A stretch of 64,000 nt of DNA from Chrysomallon squamiferum (Eukaryota > Animalia > Mollusca): contig CM022670.1 of assembly GCA_012295275.1 (NCBI GenBank), forward strand, positions 24,428,001 through 24,492,000, in the 5' to 3' direction. Below are positions 41,550-55,470 of the stretch, piece after piece; the first letter of the stretch is position 1; each line of letters opens with the position of its first letter. A program made the translations under genes and the position numbers. Under the pieces are notes generated by a model. The model did not search any database and was not told the origin of the DNA. It saw only the letters and a program-made list of their open reading frames with translations.

Positions 41550-44296
41550 TGTTCATTTATTTTTTATTCTAAGAACGACGTTTTTTTCTAGTTGTAAATT
41601 TTGGAAATAGCTATAAAAACAGTATCATCATTTTAAAAAAAAGGTTCTAAGTTTTGCTTATAAAAGCATCAAATCCCAGATATAAGTAATTACAAATATG
41701 ATAATAATAATAATTAAAAAAAATCCACCCCAACAGAATATAAAAAAAACAACAATAACAGTAGAGACTGCCCCAAGTTTAAACAAAATATACTTATGTG
41801 AAAGATTCACGCTCTTATCTTTTGCTCAAGAAATTAAAAATAATTAAAAATATGCATATATGTATGCGTGTATGTATGTATGTATGTATGTATGTGTGTG
41901 TGTATGTATGTATGTATGTATGTAAGTATGTATGTATGTATGTATGTATGTATTATATATGAACGTATGTATGTATGTGTGGGTATGTATATTTGTTTGT
42001 ATATATTTATCTATGTATATTAAGTAAGTTTTGTATTTGTATGTATTTACATCTATGACTGTTTATTAAAATCTAAGCTGTTGTTTACTCAAGTCGTACG
42101 ACGACGGCAAACAGCTGTATCAGACGAGTGTCAGGTGGACGTCTCAGATTTCCAGCGTGGAACCTCAGAATCGTGGCGAGGTCTACCTGCAGATTCAAGA
42201 AGTGAATAAAGACGCTGACGACACTTTGGACTTCGTCTGTCGAGCTTCAGACGTCCTCTGTAACACAAGTTAGTTTTGTCTCCTGATAACTTCATTGTGT
42301 CCTCATTGCTTGAATGGCCAAGAACCTAAACATGAGTACATGAATATACAAATATAAAAATATGTTTGTTTTTCTTTCTTTGAAACAAGTAATCAATATT
42401 ATTTCATTATATAATGTGAGTAGTATTAATTTTATTATTTCTGAGGATCTAATGTCAAATTTCAAAAATATACATATACATATATATGTATATATATTTA
42501 CAACTGAGAGAAAATAGTGTAAAACATTAGTTAATAACACAATGTAGAAAACGAGCAAGATCATGTTGCTCAAAATTTAATACTCAGTATTTCTCTCACA
42601 GCTGAAATTGATGATGTTAGTTCAGAAATCTTTCAACGACACGAGAAACAGTTGGCATATATGGTTTTTTTTAATTGTTATAGATGAAAAATAAAAGCTA
42701 AAACTGGCACTTTATATTTTCCTTTTATTGTCTGTGGCAAGCTGTTTTTGTTTATATTAATTTTATTATTATTTATAAACCGTTTATTTATTTATTTATT
42801 TATTTATTTTTATTATTACTGTTATCGTTATGTCATTTTGATCTTCATTCGCGGAACGAATCATATTTTCTCATTCTGTTTTAAATAAGTAGCAGCTCCA
42901 CCGTTTTCAGGACAATTTAGAAATTTATAGTTTTATTTTTTTTTTTTCATTTTATCTTCATTCTGTATATCTGATAATAATAACGATATTCAATCTCGTT
43001 TCCAGTGTGTTCCAACAAAATATCCACCTTCATTTCCTTTCATTTATTTTTGTCTAAGCAACACCTGCATATATAATCCTTTTCTTATTTCTTTTTACGA
43101 CTAAGCTTATTGATAATCTAACACATTAACATGCTACTTTACTCGCGGTAACATAGATCTTGACAATTATTCAGTTGTAACAAAGAAAACGGATTTAATT
43201 TGATGGAAACACGCATTCATGTATGCTGCTGCACATGAAAGGAAACGTAAAGGTTAAACAGTTTTTACACTTTGCATTATTAGTTTATAAATGTTTGTGA
43301 TTGATCGTTTTCAGCTTCGTTTTGCTCTTGCTATTTTATTAATTTTTGTTATTTATTTATTTATTTATTTATTTGTTTATTTATTTATTTTGTGTTTTCT
43401 TGTAAATCAGATAACAGCTGTTTTCTTATCATTCATTATAAGTAAATTTATTTGAATGTTATTACGTTTTTACATAAAAGTGCGCTCACCCATTTATACA
43501 AGGCTAGCATGGTATACAGTGTCTGTGAAACGATACAATTAACGTATATCTCGCTGCTTACTGATATTAGTACTTGGTTTCCTTTTTCATATAATGATTA
43601 ATTTTTGACTTATACATAATAATAATAATGTTAAATTTCAAATAATCCTTATAGCAATTACTTCCAGTGCTACTGGACAAAGAATCAAATAATATATAAT
43701 ATATATATATATATATATTCCCAGTTTGTTTAGTTAAAAAATTGTTAATAATTATATTCTGATACTATCTTTTTTTTTTTTTTTTTTTTTTTTTCCAGTT
43801 TGTATAACGATCCTTATAGGAATTACCATGGCCGTTCCAGTTGGTATGGTGTCCTGCGGAATAAAATATCTCAACGAATGTCCCAAACAACCCAAGATTC
43901 CCGTCTACCTGCTCGTCGGAGGCTGCTTGGGAACGATCAAAATCATCGGAATGCTGTGGAGGAACATCCAGATCCGACGCTACGAAAGCATGGACGCTTT
44001 CTTCGACGCCCACGACAACGACACGGCGTCTGGGGACGAGGACGTACAAATTCATGGACGGCGTGTTGTCGACGTTTCTGTTCGGCTGGCAGATCACGGG
44101 GTCGTACTGGGTGTTCTCCATCTGGGAGCCTCACTACAAGCAGCTGCTGCACGAGCCGAGCAACTGGTGCGACCAGACGGTGTACATGTTCTCCGTCATT
44201 CAGATTCTCGGCTGCTACGCCGTCATGTGCCTTGGCTTCGTTGTGCTGTGCTGTCTTGCTGGCTGCTACAAATACACCAGCGTCTTTGACACTTGA
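38070..44296 (+). CDS. TMEM272-like transmembrane protein, paralogue 1 (3 coding exons; +1 frameshift near 44032-44035 as assembled)
   Basis: Exons 38070-38300, 42094-42268, 43799-44296, with GT-AG sites and phases 0 and 1. Motifs typical of TMEM272-like proteins: GIKYLNECPKQPKIPVYLLVGG, then after the shift FLFGWQITGSYWVFSIWEP..NWCDQTVYMFS. Removing one base gives 300 aa collinear with paralogue 2. Confidence 0.8.
38361..38626. mobile_element. hAT-type MITE, 266 bp, in intron 1 of TMEM272-like paralogue 1
   Basis: Termini cagggcct...aggccctg. Perfect 8-bp direct target-site duplication gccggatt (38353-38360 and 38627-38634). Internal gggcccc motifs. Confidence 0.85.
39359..39409 (+). CDS. 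Candidate alternative first coding exon of TMEM272-like paralogue 1 (MFTSVMSSGAEQPRNVR)
   Basis: Lies in a CpG-rich island (about 39080-39410). ATG plus 16 further codons end at donor AGG|gtaggt in phase 0, matching the phase-0 acceptor of exon 42094. Confidence 0.5.
40490..41400 (+). mobile_element. Decayed non-LTR retrotransposon fragments
   Basis: The 5' part (ccttgacgtggtgaaggggcttg...) resembles RTE/Rex3-type LINE 5' ends, from recall. About 41300-41350 translates with one frameshift to YLGVIFDRRKTWKSQVE, a LINE RT C-terminal motif. The region is GC-elevated relative to the intron and contains many stops. Confidence 0.6.
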
Positions 44297-44541
44297 TGAA
44301 GAAGCATTAAAACAAAAAAAGGAAAAAAAAAAAAAAACTTGTGGAAAAAATAAAGTTGAGACAAGTTCAGAAACAAATAGTTACATATTCGCTGAAGGGC
44401 AAAGTTGAAAATGTTTTGTTGTTTTCTCTGCATGACAAATGTTGGAAACAGTTCCTTCCAATACCCGAAAGGTTCAATGATTTCAAGTGAATTGTTTTAA
44501 TATTATCCACTGACTGCCTTTGAAATTCTACTATTATTACT

Positions 44542-44899
<358 letters not shown>

Positions 44900-44979
44900 C
44901 TATATACACAGTTCTGTGCATAAACACACACACTTAGGACCATCATAATCATGACCAGTCACACATTCTGTATTTTCTG

Positions 44980-45050
44980 TTGTAGTGTGTTTTCCTGTTT
45001 GTGGAGGGTTTATATAAAAGATCCGTTGTCCTTAATTGAAAAAGGTAACA
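44980..45050 (+). mobile_element. SINE-like remnant
   Basis: tcctgtttgtggagggtttatataaaagatccgttgtccttaattgaaaaagg; same family core. Confidence 0.45.
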
Positions 45051-45201
45051 CTGGAATATTTCGTCTACCTTGTAAAGATAATAATAAGTATTAAACAATT
45101 CATTAATGTAATAAGCATTAAAAGTTAATATACGTTGTTGTGTTATTAAACAGTTATGCAGTTGCATATGATAAGATAAAATAAATAAATAAGTAAATAG
45201 A

Positions 45202-45248
<47 letters not shown>

Positions 45249-45299
45249 AATAAAATATATATTAAAATAAAGCATTGTCAGAAATAACAGCACAATATA

Positions 45300-47270
45300 A
45301 AATACATTAAACTTAAAGATAAACAGTTGGGGAAAACGATTTATTATTATTTTATTATTTTATATCATCATATGCAGTATAGATATAGTATTGTAACTAA
45401 TATATATAAAATACCGGCATATTTTTGCTTTTTCTATCCTTAAAACGGTTATAACATATTTACATCTTATACAAATAATTTTGACAAAATTTAATAGTTC
45501 CGTTACTTATCTTACGAATATATTTATCTTTACAATAATTCATGTTCAGAATATTTTGGAATCCAGTTAAAGTTAGTTATTGGTGTTTGCATTTATGTAT
45601 GAATTACTGGCAATTAACAATATTAAATAATTTGGGAGGCCTAAAATAATTGTTTATGCATTTATTTGAAGATTCACTTTTGTTCTAAAAATATTCAGTT
45701 TGTACTTAACCAACAAATTTTCACTAGAATGTTAGAACCTTCACATTTATCTGAATCTATAGATTGTGAACAATTACTCAAAAGAGAGGTAATTTCTTGG
45801 TCAAATTTCAGATATTTAATTGCTTTTAAACCATCATTTTGATAATCCTGAATTAATGTTTTTCTAGCTATTTTATCGGACTTTGTATTCGAAATGAACT
45901 GAAAGGACTAGGATTGTGTTGGATTTGGCAGTGAATAAAAACCAAAACAAATTTCGATAGAGCTAAACTTTTGATTACAATAATGTTTGCAAGAGGTGAA
46001 AAAGAACGCTGATCATTGTTCATGCAGCTTTTTAACCTCATTCAACTTTACAGTATTCAGATCTATACCACAAGTATTGTAAATTCTGTAGTCCATTTTA
46101 AAATTTATGTTTTGAACACATTTTTTGGTGATCATTACGCTCTTTGCCTATTTTTACTATAATAATTTTATCCTTATTAACTTTAAGACCAGATATATTA
46201 GTAAAATATTATAATGTTTCCATAAATGCTGTAAAAGTTTTATTACATCAGTCCAATAGCAATGTTGTATGGTCGGCTAACTTTAAAATTTTAAATTCAT
46301 TGCCGTTTATTTCAGTCCCGTTTATATCTTTGTTATTTCTTAGAAAAATTCCAAGATCAATTCATAATATATAAAAACACAGGAAGATAACGCCTCTCCC
46401 TGTATACATCCTCTGCCACGTTCAATGATCTTACCATTGAGATATTAACACGACTCACATTCATCATAAAAGGTCGATATCCATCATTGAATCGAGACTC
46501 CCAAACTTAAAATGAGCTAACTCTTTTATTGTTTTTTTATTATTATTATTATTTTTTTTAAATAAAATTCCACGAAACTGTATCAAAATCGTTTTCAGAA
46601 TCTACAATTAATAACATCCCAATCTTATTTTGTTTGTCTGTATAATGTCATATGTCATATATAAGTCTAATATTATTACCTGTTGATCGATTATGTATAA
46701 ATCTATCTTGATTTCTGGATTCTACTGATAGGAGGACGGATTTTATTCAATAGCTCCTGACCCTAATTTGTAAACAATGTTTAGGAGTGATATTGGTCTT
46801 CAGTTCTTAATATATTGTTTTGTATTATCATTTCTTTGGTATGAAAAAATGTAATCAAGCCCAGTTTTTGTGAATATGATAACTTACCATGTTTTTATTA
46901 TTTATTATTATTATTACGAAATGCATATATTTATAAATCTGCTGAAAAGTAATAACAGATCTAATGTTAAACGAAAATAAGATGACGGTATAAAAACCAC
47001 CGTCAAATGTAAACACAGCAACAACAACCATTTGTTAAAAACTCTGTTTGGCATCAAGTAATAAACCATGATGTGATAATGTTCTAGTTTAACTGACTGT
47101 GGAAAATTATTTATGAACATTTTTTCTGTTAAAGTTAAAAGATAATAAAATCTATTTTTCAGAAAAGCGAATCTGTCAGTGACCATTTCAGAAAAATGAA
47201 ACATTGTCTTCTTAATTGTATCTGAACAATTACGGAACATTTTATTTAAAATAAACATACAAGATAAAAT
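45300..47270 (-). mobile_element. Decayed L1/Tx1-clade LINE, reverse-transcriptase region
   Basis: Minus-strand translation gives GKLSYSQKLGLIT, KQYIKN*RPISLLNIVYKL (about 46770-46830), STGNNIRLIYD, RGCIQGEALS (about 46385-46420) and NGNEFKILKLADHTTLLL (about 46250-46310, degenerate YADD). Multiple stops and frameshifts; boundaries are approximate. Confidence 0.8.
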
Positions 47271-47314
47271 ATCTATCTATCTATGTATCTATCTATCTAT
47301 CTATCTATATATAC

Positions 47315-47346
<32 letters not shown>

Positions 47347-47879
47347 TTACACACACACATACACACACACATACGGAGTCTATATCCACCGTGGTCAACA
47401 CATGCACACCATAAATTAATTCTCAACTTTTATTCTAGAATTAGTCTTGAGCCAGTTTATCAGTTGGTCAGTTGTTTCTGGCTGTAAACAGGTTATTTAA
47501 GGACACAGGTGTTTACACGAAAATAACACGCAAACGAACATGAAGTACAGATCTTCGCTTGTCATTTGACCTCTCGAAGATCCAAGTACTTTACAAGTAC
47601 GGTTATCGCCAATTCTTTTGACTTAGTCTTTAAGGAATTTGCGACCAGTAAGTAGGATGTATGCCAGAAAAACATTTGATTGATGAGTCTGATAGTCGGG
47701 TACGAGAAGATTAATTGATTTTTTGTTCTTGTTGATTTTGACGATATCGATCTAGTGTTTTTTCTGTTTTCGTAACATTACAATAACAAGTCCACCAAAG
47801 CCGATCAGACGTGTTCTGATTGAGTCCGAATTAATCAAAATAAATGATTGCTGAGTTAGACAAAACTGCTGTTACAGAT

Positions 47880-47982
<103 letters not shown>

Positions 47983-48949
47983 TATAAATAAATAAATGAT
48001 GATAATGAAAATGACAATAATAATAATTTTGATAACGATAATGATGATGATAATAATGATAATATTCTTTGACATACAACAAGAGTCTGAATAGAAATTT
48101 TTATTTATTTAAGTCCGTTCTTTTGATTTCAGTTTTCATCTGTTTCATTTTCATGCTTGACAAATAATTATTTCGCCCATTATTCTTCTCTTCACCACTG
48201 ATTGATTAATTTCCTGACTAATTTCATGGTGTGTGTCTCTATCTGTGTATCAGTCTCTGCTTCTTGCAGTTCCAATTATTATGTCCTTTTGTTTTTCACC
48301 TGCAACATTGCTTCTTCATTTATCTCTGAGTGTGTAACCAGATCATTTTAACAATACTAAAGTACAGCAGCAGTACTGAACTGAACATTATGGGATTTTA
48401 TAAAATTTATTATAATTAAACAAAATGTTAATTTACAATAATTTTTTTAACAATTGTATATTCAATATCAATTTCATGATTAAAATACGCACTAAGGACA
48501 GTAATTTTTTTATATATATATATATATATATATTTATTTAATAATTTTTAAAATTTAGAATTATTATTTTCTGTCTTTAAAATAGGTTACAGTTTTTTTA
48601 AGTTGAAGCTTTGAAAGCGTTATCAATATGTAAGAGTGCCAGTATATTATGAACTCATCTATAAGCGTTGTACCACACGATTTTAACACAGAAACACTAG
48701 TGATACAATATAACACTGTGACAAGAACGTATATTTACAGTCAATGTCATCGAGAACAGATTTAATACGTAATAATGATAAAAATGTTATTGTTTAACGT
48801 TATTCAGTAATAGTCTGTACACTAGTAGAAATAAGTGGACTGTTTTCCTGTGACCAGTAAATAATCAATCTTATTTTTACGGTAATTTATACTGGATAAC
48901 GTCCAAGTTCTCCATTTATTAAATACGATGGTGTAGATTTCCTTACAGG

Positions 48950-49500
48950 TAATAACAATTTCATAAACTGGTTTATAATTTTTCCATTAATGACAAATTT
49001 TCAAATCTCCGAATTTCAATACCATAGAAAGTTTGGTCCATAAATATCCTGAATTTTACTTTATAGAGGAATCCTAAATTTAGCAAACTGTTTGGCTCGT
49101 TCATAAAAATAAATATTTTATCTGAAAATTTTATTTGTTTTAGTATCTGGGATGTCTGTTTTCTGTTGTTAATGTTTCCGATGAGCACTATAAATTTTCA
49201 GCAAATATGTTATTAGGTTCACTGTTAAAATAAGAACAGCCTTGAAGCGGTATATATATACAACCCAGTTATAATATTAGAACTAGATCTTTAAAAACAA
49301 TGCATATATAGATATGTTTTGATAAACTTGTATTTCTGCAGTAAAATTAATATTTAACAACAAGGCATATTTCTCCCGATTTAACATGTTTCTCCATATC
49401 TGTTATTTGTATAAACAGTGTACTTGGTATTTCAACATTATCAGTCTAATCATGTTTGGTTTCTACTTAACAAAATATTATATTGATCGAAAACGTTTTA
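48950..49500 (-). mobile_element. Highly decayed LINE remnant
   Basis: Minus-strand FYGIEIRRFENLSLMEKL resembles the LYG.EIWGF.....IEK motif found downstream of LINE RT. The rest is degenerate. Confidence 0.4.
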
Positions 49501-51149
49501 AAATTCTGGCATATGCAGTTTAGTTTTCAAACCATAGACAGTTAAAACTAAAGTGTTAGATATATCTGTGTAACGATGATGGTTTGATACTTGAACCGGC
49601 TCGTTTTGATTAGTCACCAGCGTCGATCCTCAGTGAACAATCCTCTGATTGTGCACAAAACGAACAGTAACGTTGTGGAGCTATGATTGGAATGAGAAAT
49701 ACCTCACTGGTTCTCCTAGAAAGTACATATGAGTAAAGATAACAGTGATAATTACAGAGAACTCGCTACTAATAGCAAAAATTACTTTATATTCTTCTTT
49801 CCACAGGTAGGAAAGCGCGTGCTGTTTTCAGACATAGACATCGATTCTTTTCTTTCATTCTTTTCATCTTGCAACACAGCTTTTTTTTTGCTTTTTTGTT
49901 CATCAGTTTCGATGCTAAAAACACAGATTTAAAATACCAGAACATTTTAAACGTCAGGTTAATATCTTAATATCACGAAACCCGCGCACAAGAGAAGTCT
50001 GAACGAACCGTTAAATGCGCATCCAGTTTAAGTGTGTTTCTCTCCGCTGTTAGTAGTTAATGCGACTCAGTCGTGCAGGTCTGCGCAAAGATTAGAATCC
50101 CCAAGGAAATCAGGTTAGAGGGCCAACTCGATCATCAGATACTATTCCTTTCAGTGAAGTATGTTCGGGAAGTTGGCGAGATATGGCTTAGGGCGAACCT
50201 AGAAAGTATTTTGCAGGTGATGGGTATAAATGCAGTGTATTTCATTAATTAAACATTTAACACATTTACTTGGAGTGTATATTTTATCAGCAAGTTTGTA
50301 GAATTAGATGGATTTTTCTTTGTTAATAATAATCGAAAATGATTCGAAGAAGTGAATAAAATTAACGTTCATAAATATTTTGTAAAGTACACCCAAAAAT
50401 AATAAACAGAAAACTGTACAATAACATAGTTATTGATTATCTCCTGCTTTGTGTTTTGTGTGTATATGTAATTTTTAAAATATTATTACGACCGTATATA
50501 TGTGTGGAAAAAAAATAAATAAAACGAAATAAAAACAACAACACACAAACGAAAAAAATCAAAAAAATAAATAAATCAACAAAAACAAAAGAAAAATAAC
50601 AAAACCTCACACACACACACACAGACACACACACACACACACAGACACACACACATACACACTCACACAGACACAGACAGACACACACACACACACACAC
50701 ACAAATCACACTCACACTAAGCTTGTTTTCTCATCACTGTCTTTGGTAACATATAAAACATTTGCATTGGCACCGTATTTTTTGTTTTTGTTTCTTTTCA
50801 GAACTTACTGGTTGCAGAAATCCCAGTTATACTGATAATTAGTTTACTTGACACTGTTTTTAATCTCACAGATTACTGAGGTACTGAACGTTACAATGAC
50901 GTTATCTATGAACAACCGAACTACAGAACTTTACACGGGCAACTAGTTTAGTGAAGTAGTTTTATTTTATGAAATAACTGATATCTCGATCACCTGTTAA
51001 CGTGAAACCGTACTATTTATGAATTAAGAAAACACAAACAACTTACCTGATGATTTGCTCTATTTCAAATCTTCGTACTTCGTCTGTTTTGAGATGACGT
51101 GAATCAAAAATCGAAGTTTATAAATTGTCATATAATACAAGAAATACAA

Positions 51150-51235
51150 CTGAGATCCATTATTCAACTGGCTACTCTTATTATTAGATGGAACAGATCA
51201 GTTATATATATACCATCCCACAGACAGGAAATATG
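51150..51235 (-). mobile_element. SINE-like remnant
   Basis: ggctactctt...tatataccatcccacagacagga is the reverse complement of the same core. Confidence 0.45.
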
Positions 51236-51610
51236 GCGTTGAAAAATTAAGTTATGTTTTGTTTAAATGTCGTTTAAAAAAAATAAGATTGAAAAGAAAA
51301 ATAATAAAAAAAATAAATTGGATATTTTTTATACCCAGATTATTGCCGAAAACTTTTTTTTTGTTTTTTTGTTTTGTTGATTGTAAATTACATTATTTTC
51401 ATTTCATTTCATAATCTTGTAAAAGAAAGCTAAATAACAGAACAGATATAATTATTTCTGTGACGGAATCTGATATAATGTTTACCAGTTTTTTGATTCC
51501 TTGAGAACTGAAACATTTTTGTGCGAATATATGTGTTTATTATAGATGGGGTTTTTTTAAACGTGTTATCAGTAACAAGTTTGTAACACTGTTATGTCGT
51601 TTTAAGTTTT

Positions 51611-51641
<31 letters not shown>

Positions 51642-51677
51642 ATATTATAAATATTTCACATAGTTTTCTCCTTCCAT

Positions 51678-51746
<69 letters not shown>

Positions 51747-51995
51747 AAACAGCCAAAATGAGATGTAAAATAGCGTGTAAATACAACGACGTGAACGAAC
51801 TCAAATGGGAAGTAACTCTAATGTAGTCTAAATTTATAGCGAAAGAGATTCTTCTAAAAACCGGATCCCGTTCAAACCGAATATTTGTTAAGGTACAATG
51901 GTGATCCGGCTTTTCCTCTTTCCACTCTTTTGCCATAAATTTAGAATACATTAGAATATATTTACACGCAATTTTACAACTCATTTTAGCTCTTT

Positions 51996-52067
<72 letters not shown>

Positions 52068-52701
52068 CTGCGTCATTGTTAACCATGTCCTGTTTATGTG
52101 TTTATTAGCTAAATCCTAATTCTTTATTTTCATGAAACCAAATAAAAAAAATAAAAAAACAAAACAATTGGGGAGTTCTGAGGGAGTTATGTATGGCGTG
52201 ATAAACCATTAAACGCTGAAAATGTATTTCAAAGTATTCGGTTTATTTTTTAGTACTTGCCTTAGTTCAACAGATCTTGTTTTTATAGATATCATGTTAT
52301 TCTGCTAACATTAATTTAAAAAAAATGCAGATGGTTTAATTCTTGTTTGTAGTTAAATCAAAACAAAAATTAATTATCCCTGTGTAATTTCCATCATTGT
52401 TACTTAAAAGGAAAAATAAGTTACTCTGATAGTTTAAATATAATATATTACGAGTATTTGTATCCTGAAAAATAATTGGTTATGTAATTACCATGTTTGG
52501 TATCAAAGACTTCTTATGTAAGTTTGAATGCTATGAACAGAGGAACTCGATAAAAGGATAGCTAAAGAATAATTTTGCCATTTTGTTTTCCCACAAAAAA
52601 AAAGAGATTTTACTCAAAATGTGTTTTGCCGACTTTCGACTCAATTTGTAAGAATGTGACGCACACACACACACACACACACACACATGCACACACACAC
52701 A

Positions 52702-52735
<34 letters not shown>

Positions 52736-53203
52736 AATCAAATAAGATAAAGATACAGTCTTTCCATGTAATTGATGAACACTTATTTATCCCATCGCGA
52801 AAAATAAGTAAATATAGTTCAATTTATAATTATAGAAATCTATTTTTCTGATCAGGCAAATAACAACAAAAGTTAGCCAAAGAACTGAACAAACACAACA
52901 AAAAAGTTTTATAATTTAAGGATTTATTTGTAAATTTCAAATATTATATTTTTAGGGTCCACATTATACAAGAAATATCATTATAAAGCTTTCGTCGGAA
53001 AATATGACGGATATAAAACAGCATTGAATGGTTTACAAACAAAGTATTACGAACATGAACATAAAAACATTTTAAATATAATGTAGGAAACGAAATGTAA
53101 TATATTTATATATATATATATATATATATATTCAGTACCAAAAACAGTTGTTAAAATACATTTAATACACAGCACCGTTATAACAAACAACCACAATAGT
53201 ATC

Positions 53204-53270
<67 letters not shown>

Positions 53271-55430
53271 CTTATAGAACGTTTATAATATAAGTAGTTG
53301 GATGACTGCAGATGTAGAAAGTAGTAAATGTTGATGCATGCATTTGTGGTAGCAATGGCTTAGCTAGTGATTTACAACTTTTGTCTTCTATTTTCCCTTG
53401 ATTATAAACGATAATATGAATTAATAATACATTTATACAAAGAAGCGTTCACTTTCAAATATGAAAATATTGTGCAGAAAACTCAGCCTTAGCTTCATTT
53501 TCAGTTACTTACAAGAACTATACAAATCAGCAGACGACAAAAGCTTTTAAAACATATAAAAATTTAAATCTGTGAAAACTTTACTAAATAACAAAACAGA
53601 TAAAATCAGTATAAAATCTTTTCTCATGACGTATGTATATCCTTCTTTCATTTTAAACATTTATGTTTTTAATGAATAAATGCATAAAATGAAAAGTAAT
53701 AACTAGATAGATAAATAAGTAAAATATATAAGCTATAGTAAATAAAAATACAGAAACTACAGTAAATACAGAAAACAGTAAAACAAACAAACAAACAAGT
53801 AAATAAATAATAATTCATAGTGATCTAGCGATAACAGAAAATATGAAATATATATATATATATATATATTTTAATCAGGACAGTTATTTTTAAATTATTT
53901 GTACACCAGGGACTCATTTTTATTTTTATTCTGTATAGAAAAAAATAGACGCAAAGCATCTTATACTATATTTAACCATAATGTAAATACTCCAATAGTT
54001 TCCAAGCCACATTCACTTTTTACATGTAATTAAAAAGATAAAAATAATATATAAATATATAAACAAATTACAAAACGTGCAAAAGAGACGAATATTGTTT
54101 GTGCTAAAATACTTCGATGTATTTATTTCCTTGATAAAACTGTTTCGAGTAAAAAATAGTATACAGCATTATAATTTCAGAAATCAGTATATGGAATTTT
54201 AATTATTTAATTTTTAAAAGAAATGCTTTAATGTGTTTCAAATAACCTTTCTTTTTGTTGTTGCATTTTAACAGTTTTTGTTTGACTTTCTCCATTATTA
54301 GTGAAGAAACAATAAATGTTGAAATAATTTGGTTCAGAAATTAGAATATTTGTTGAAAAAGATAGAAAACCATGCTAGTTGTAAGCGGTCATCTAATTAG
54401 AATATTGCTGATAAATTTGTTATATACTGATGTTTAAAATCAGATATGCGGTTAAAAAAAAGTATTACAGTTATCTTTAATTTTCAAATGTTGATAACAT
54501 CGTTGTATTTCAAACAAGTCTGTTGCTACTTATTGCTCTTTCAATGTACTCGTTGCTACAGAAAACTGAAATAATGTGTTCGTTCTTTCTTCGAGGTTAC
54601 ATCTCTTATATATATATATATATATATAAGATAATAATTATTTCATTAGGACATAAAACCTGTTTGCTGCAAAGAACTGCATAATTGTGTTATAACTACA
54701 GAATCGCAAGACAGACAACTCGTTTTGTTGGAACTAAATAAAACCTTTTTTTTTTTCTATTATACCATTTAAAACAAACTTTATTGGCAACAAAATACGA
54801 ATTAAAATACTTATATAGTGTATTTAAAAGTCACGAGCACAACCTTTTGATTTCCTCGGATAAAATGAGAGGAGATTTATTTATAAAAACAGACAACGCT
54901 ATTGTCACGTCATTTATAAATTGTCCTACACATATACATGGCAACCACCTGTATAAGGCGACCATATTATATTTCATTATATGTTGTAACTCTGAAAGGC
55001 AGCTGCTGTCTACCACAACCATTTTTGCTTTGTCCACTGATGTCCATCAGAGACAGATTCAACTGTATAATTCATTTAAATCATTTATTTTGAACGGACA
55101 AATAGCATGAATTTAGTTTATATATTTTCAGGCGTTTGTATCATTTACAGGAGATGATCAGTTTTTGTCAGTAACAAAAATCATAATAAAATATAACTTG
55201 TGTTTCGTCTATTTCTACACGTGATATAAAGTCACGGTAAAAAATAAAATACATGTCGACTTACATGTATTTTCGTGTTGAATTAATTTTTTCTTTTTAA
55301 ATAATAAATATTGGTTGCTAGAAAATAATTTAAGCAATAATAATGAGATTATAAAATATATTTAGGTTTACATAATTTACACATCACCAAAGACAAGCGT
55401 TGAAAAAATATAAATATAAAAATAAGTAAG

Positions 55431-55470
<40 letters not shown>

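Noticed and set aside
43800-44408. 202-aa Arg-rich ORF and antisense ORFs overlapping the TMEM272-like exon
   Set aside because: Shadow frames of a GC-rich coding exon with no recognisable motifs.
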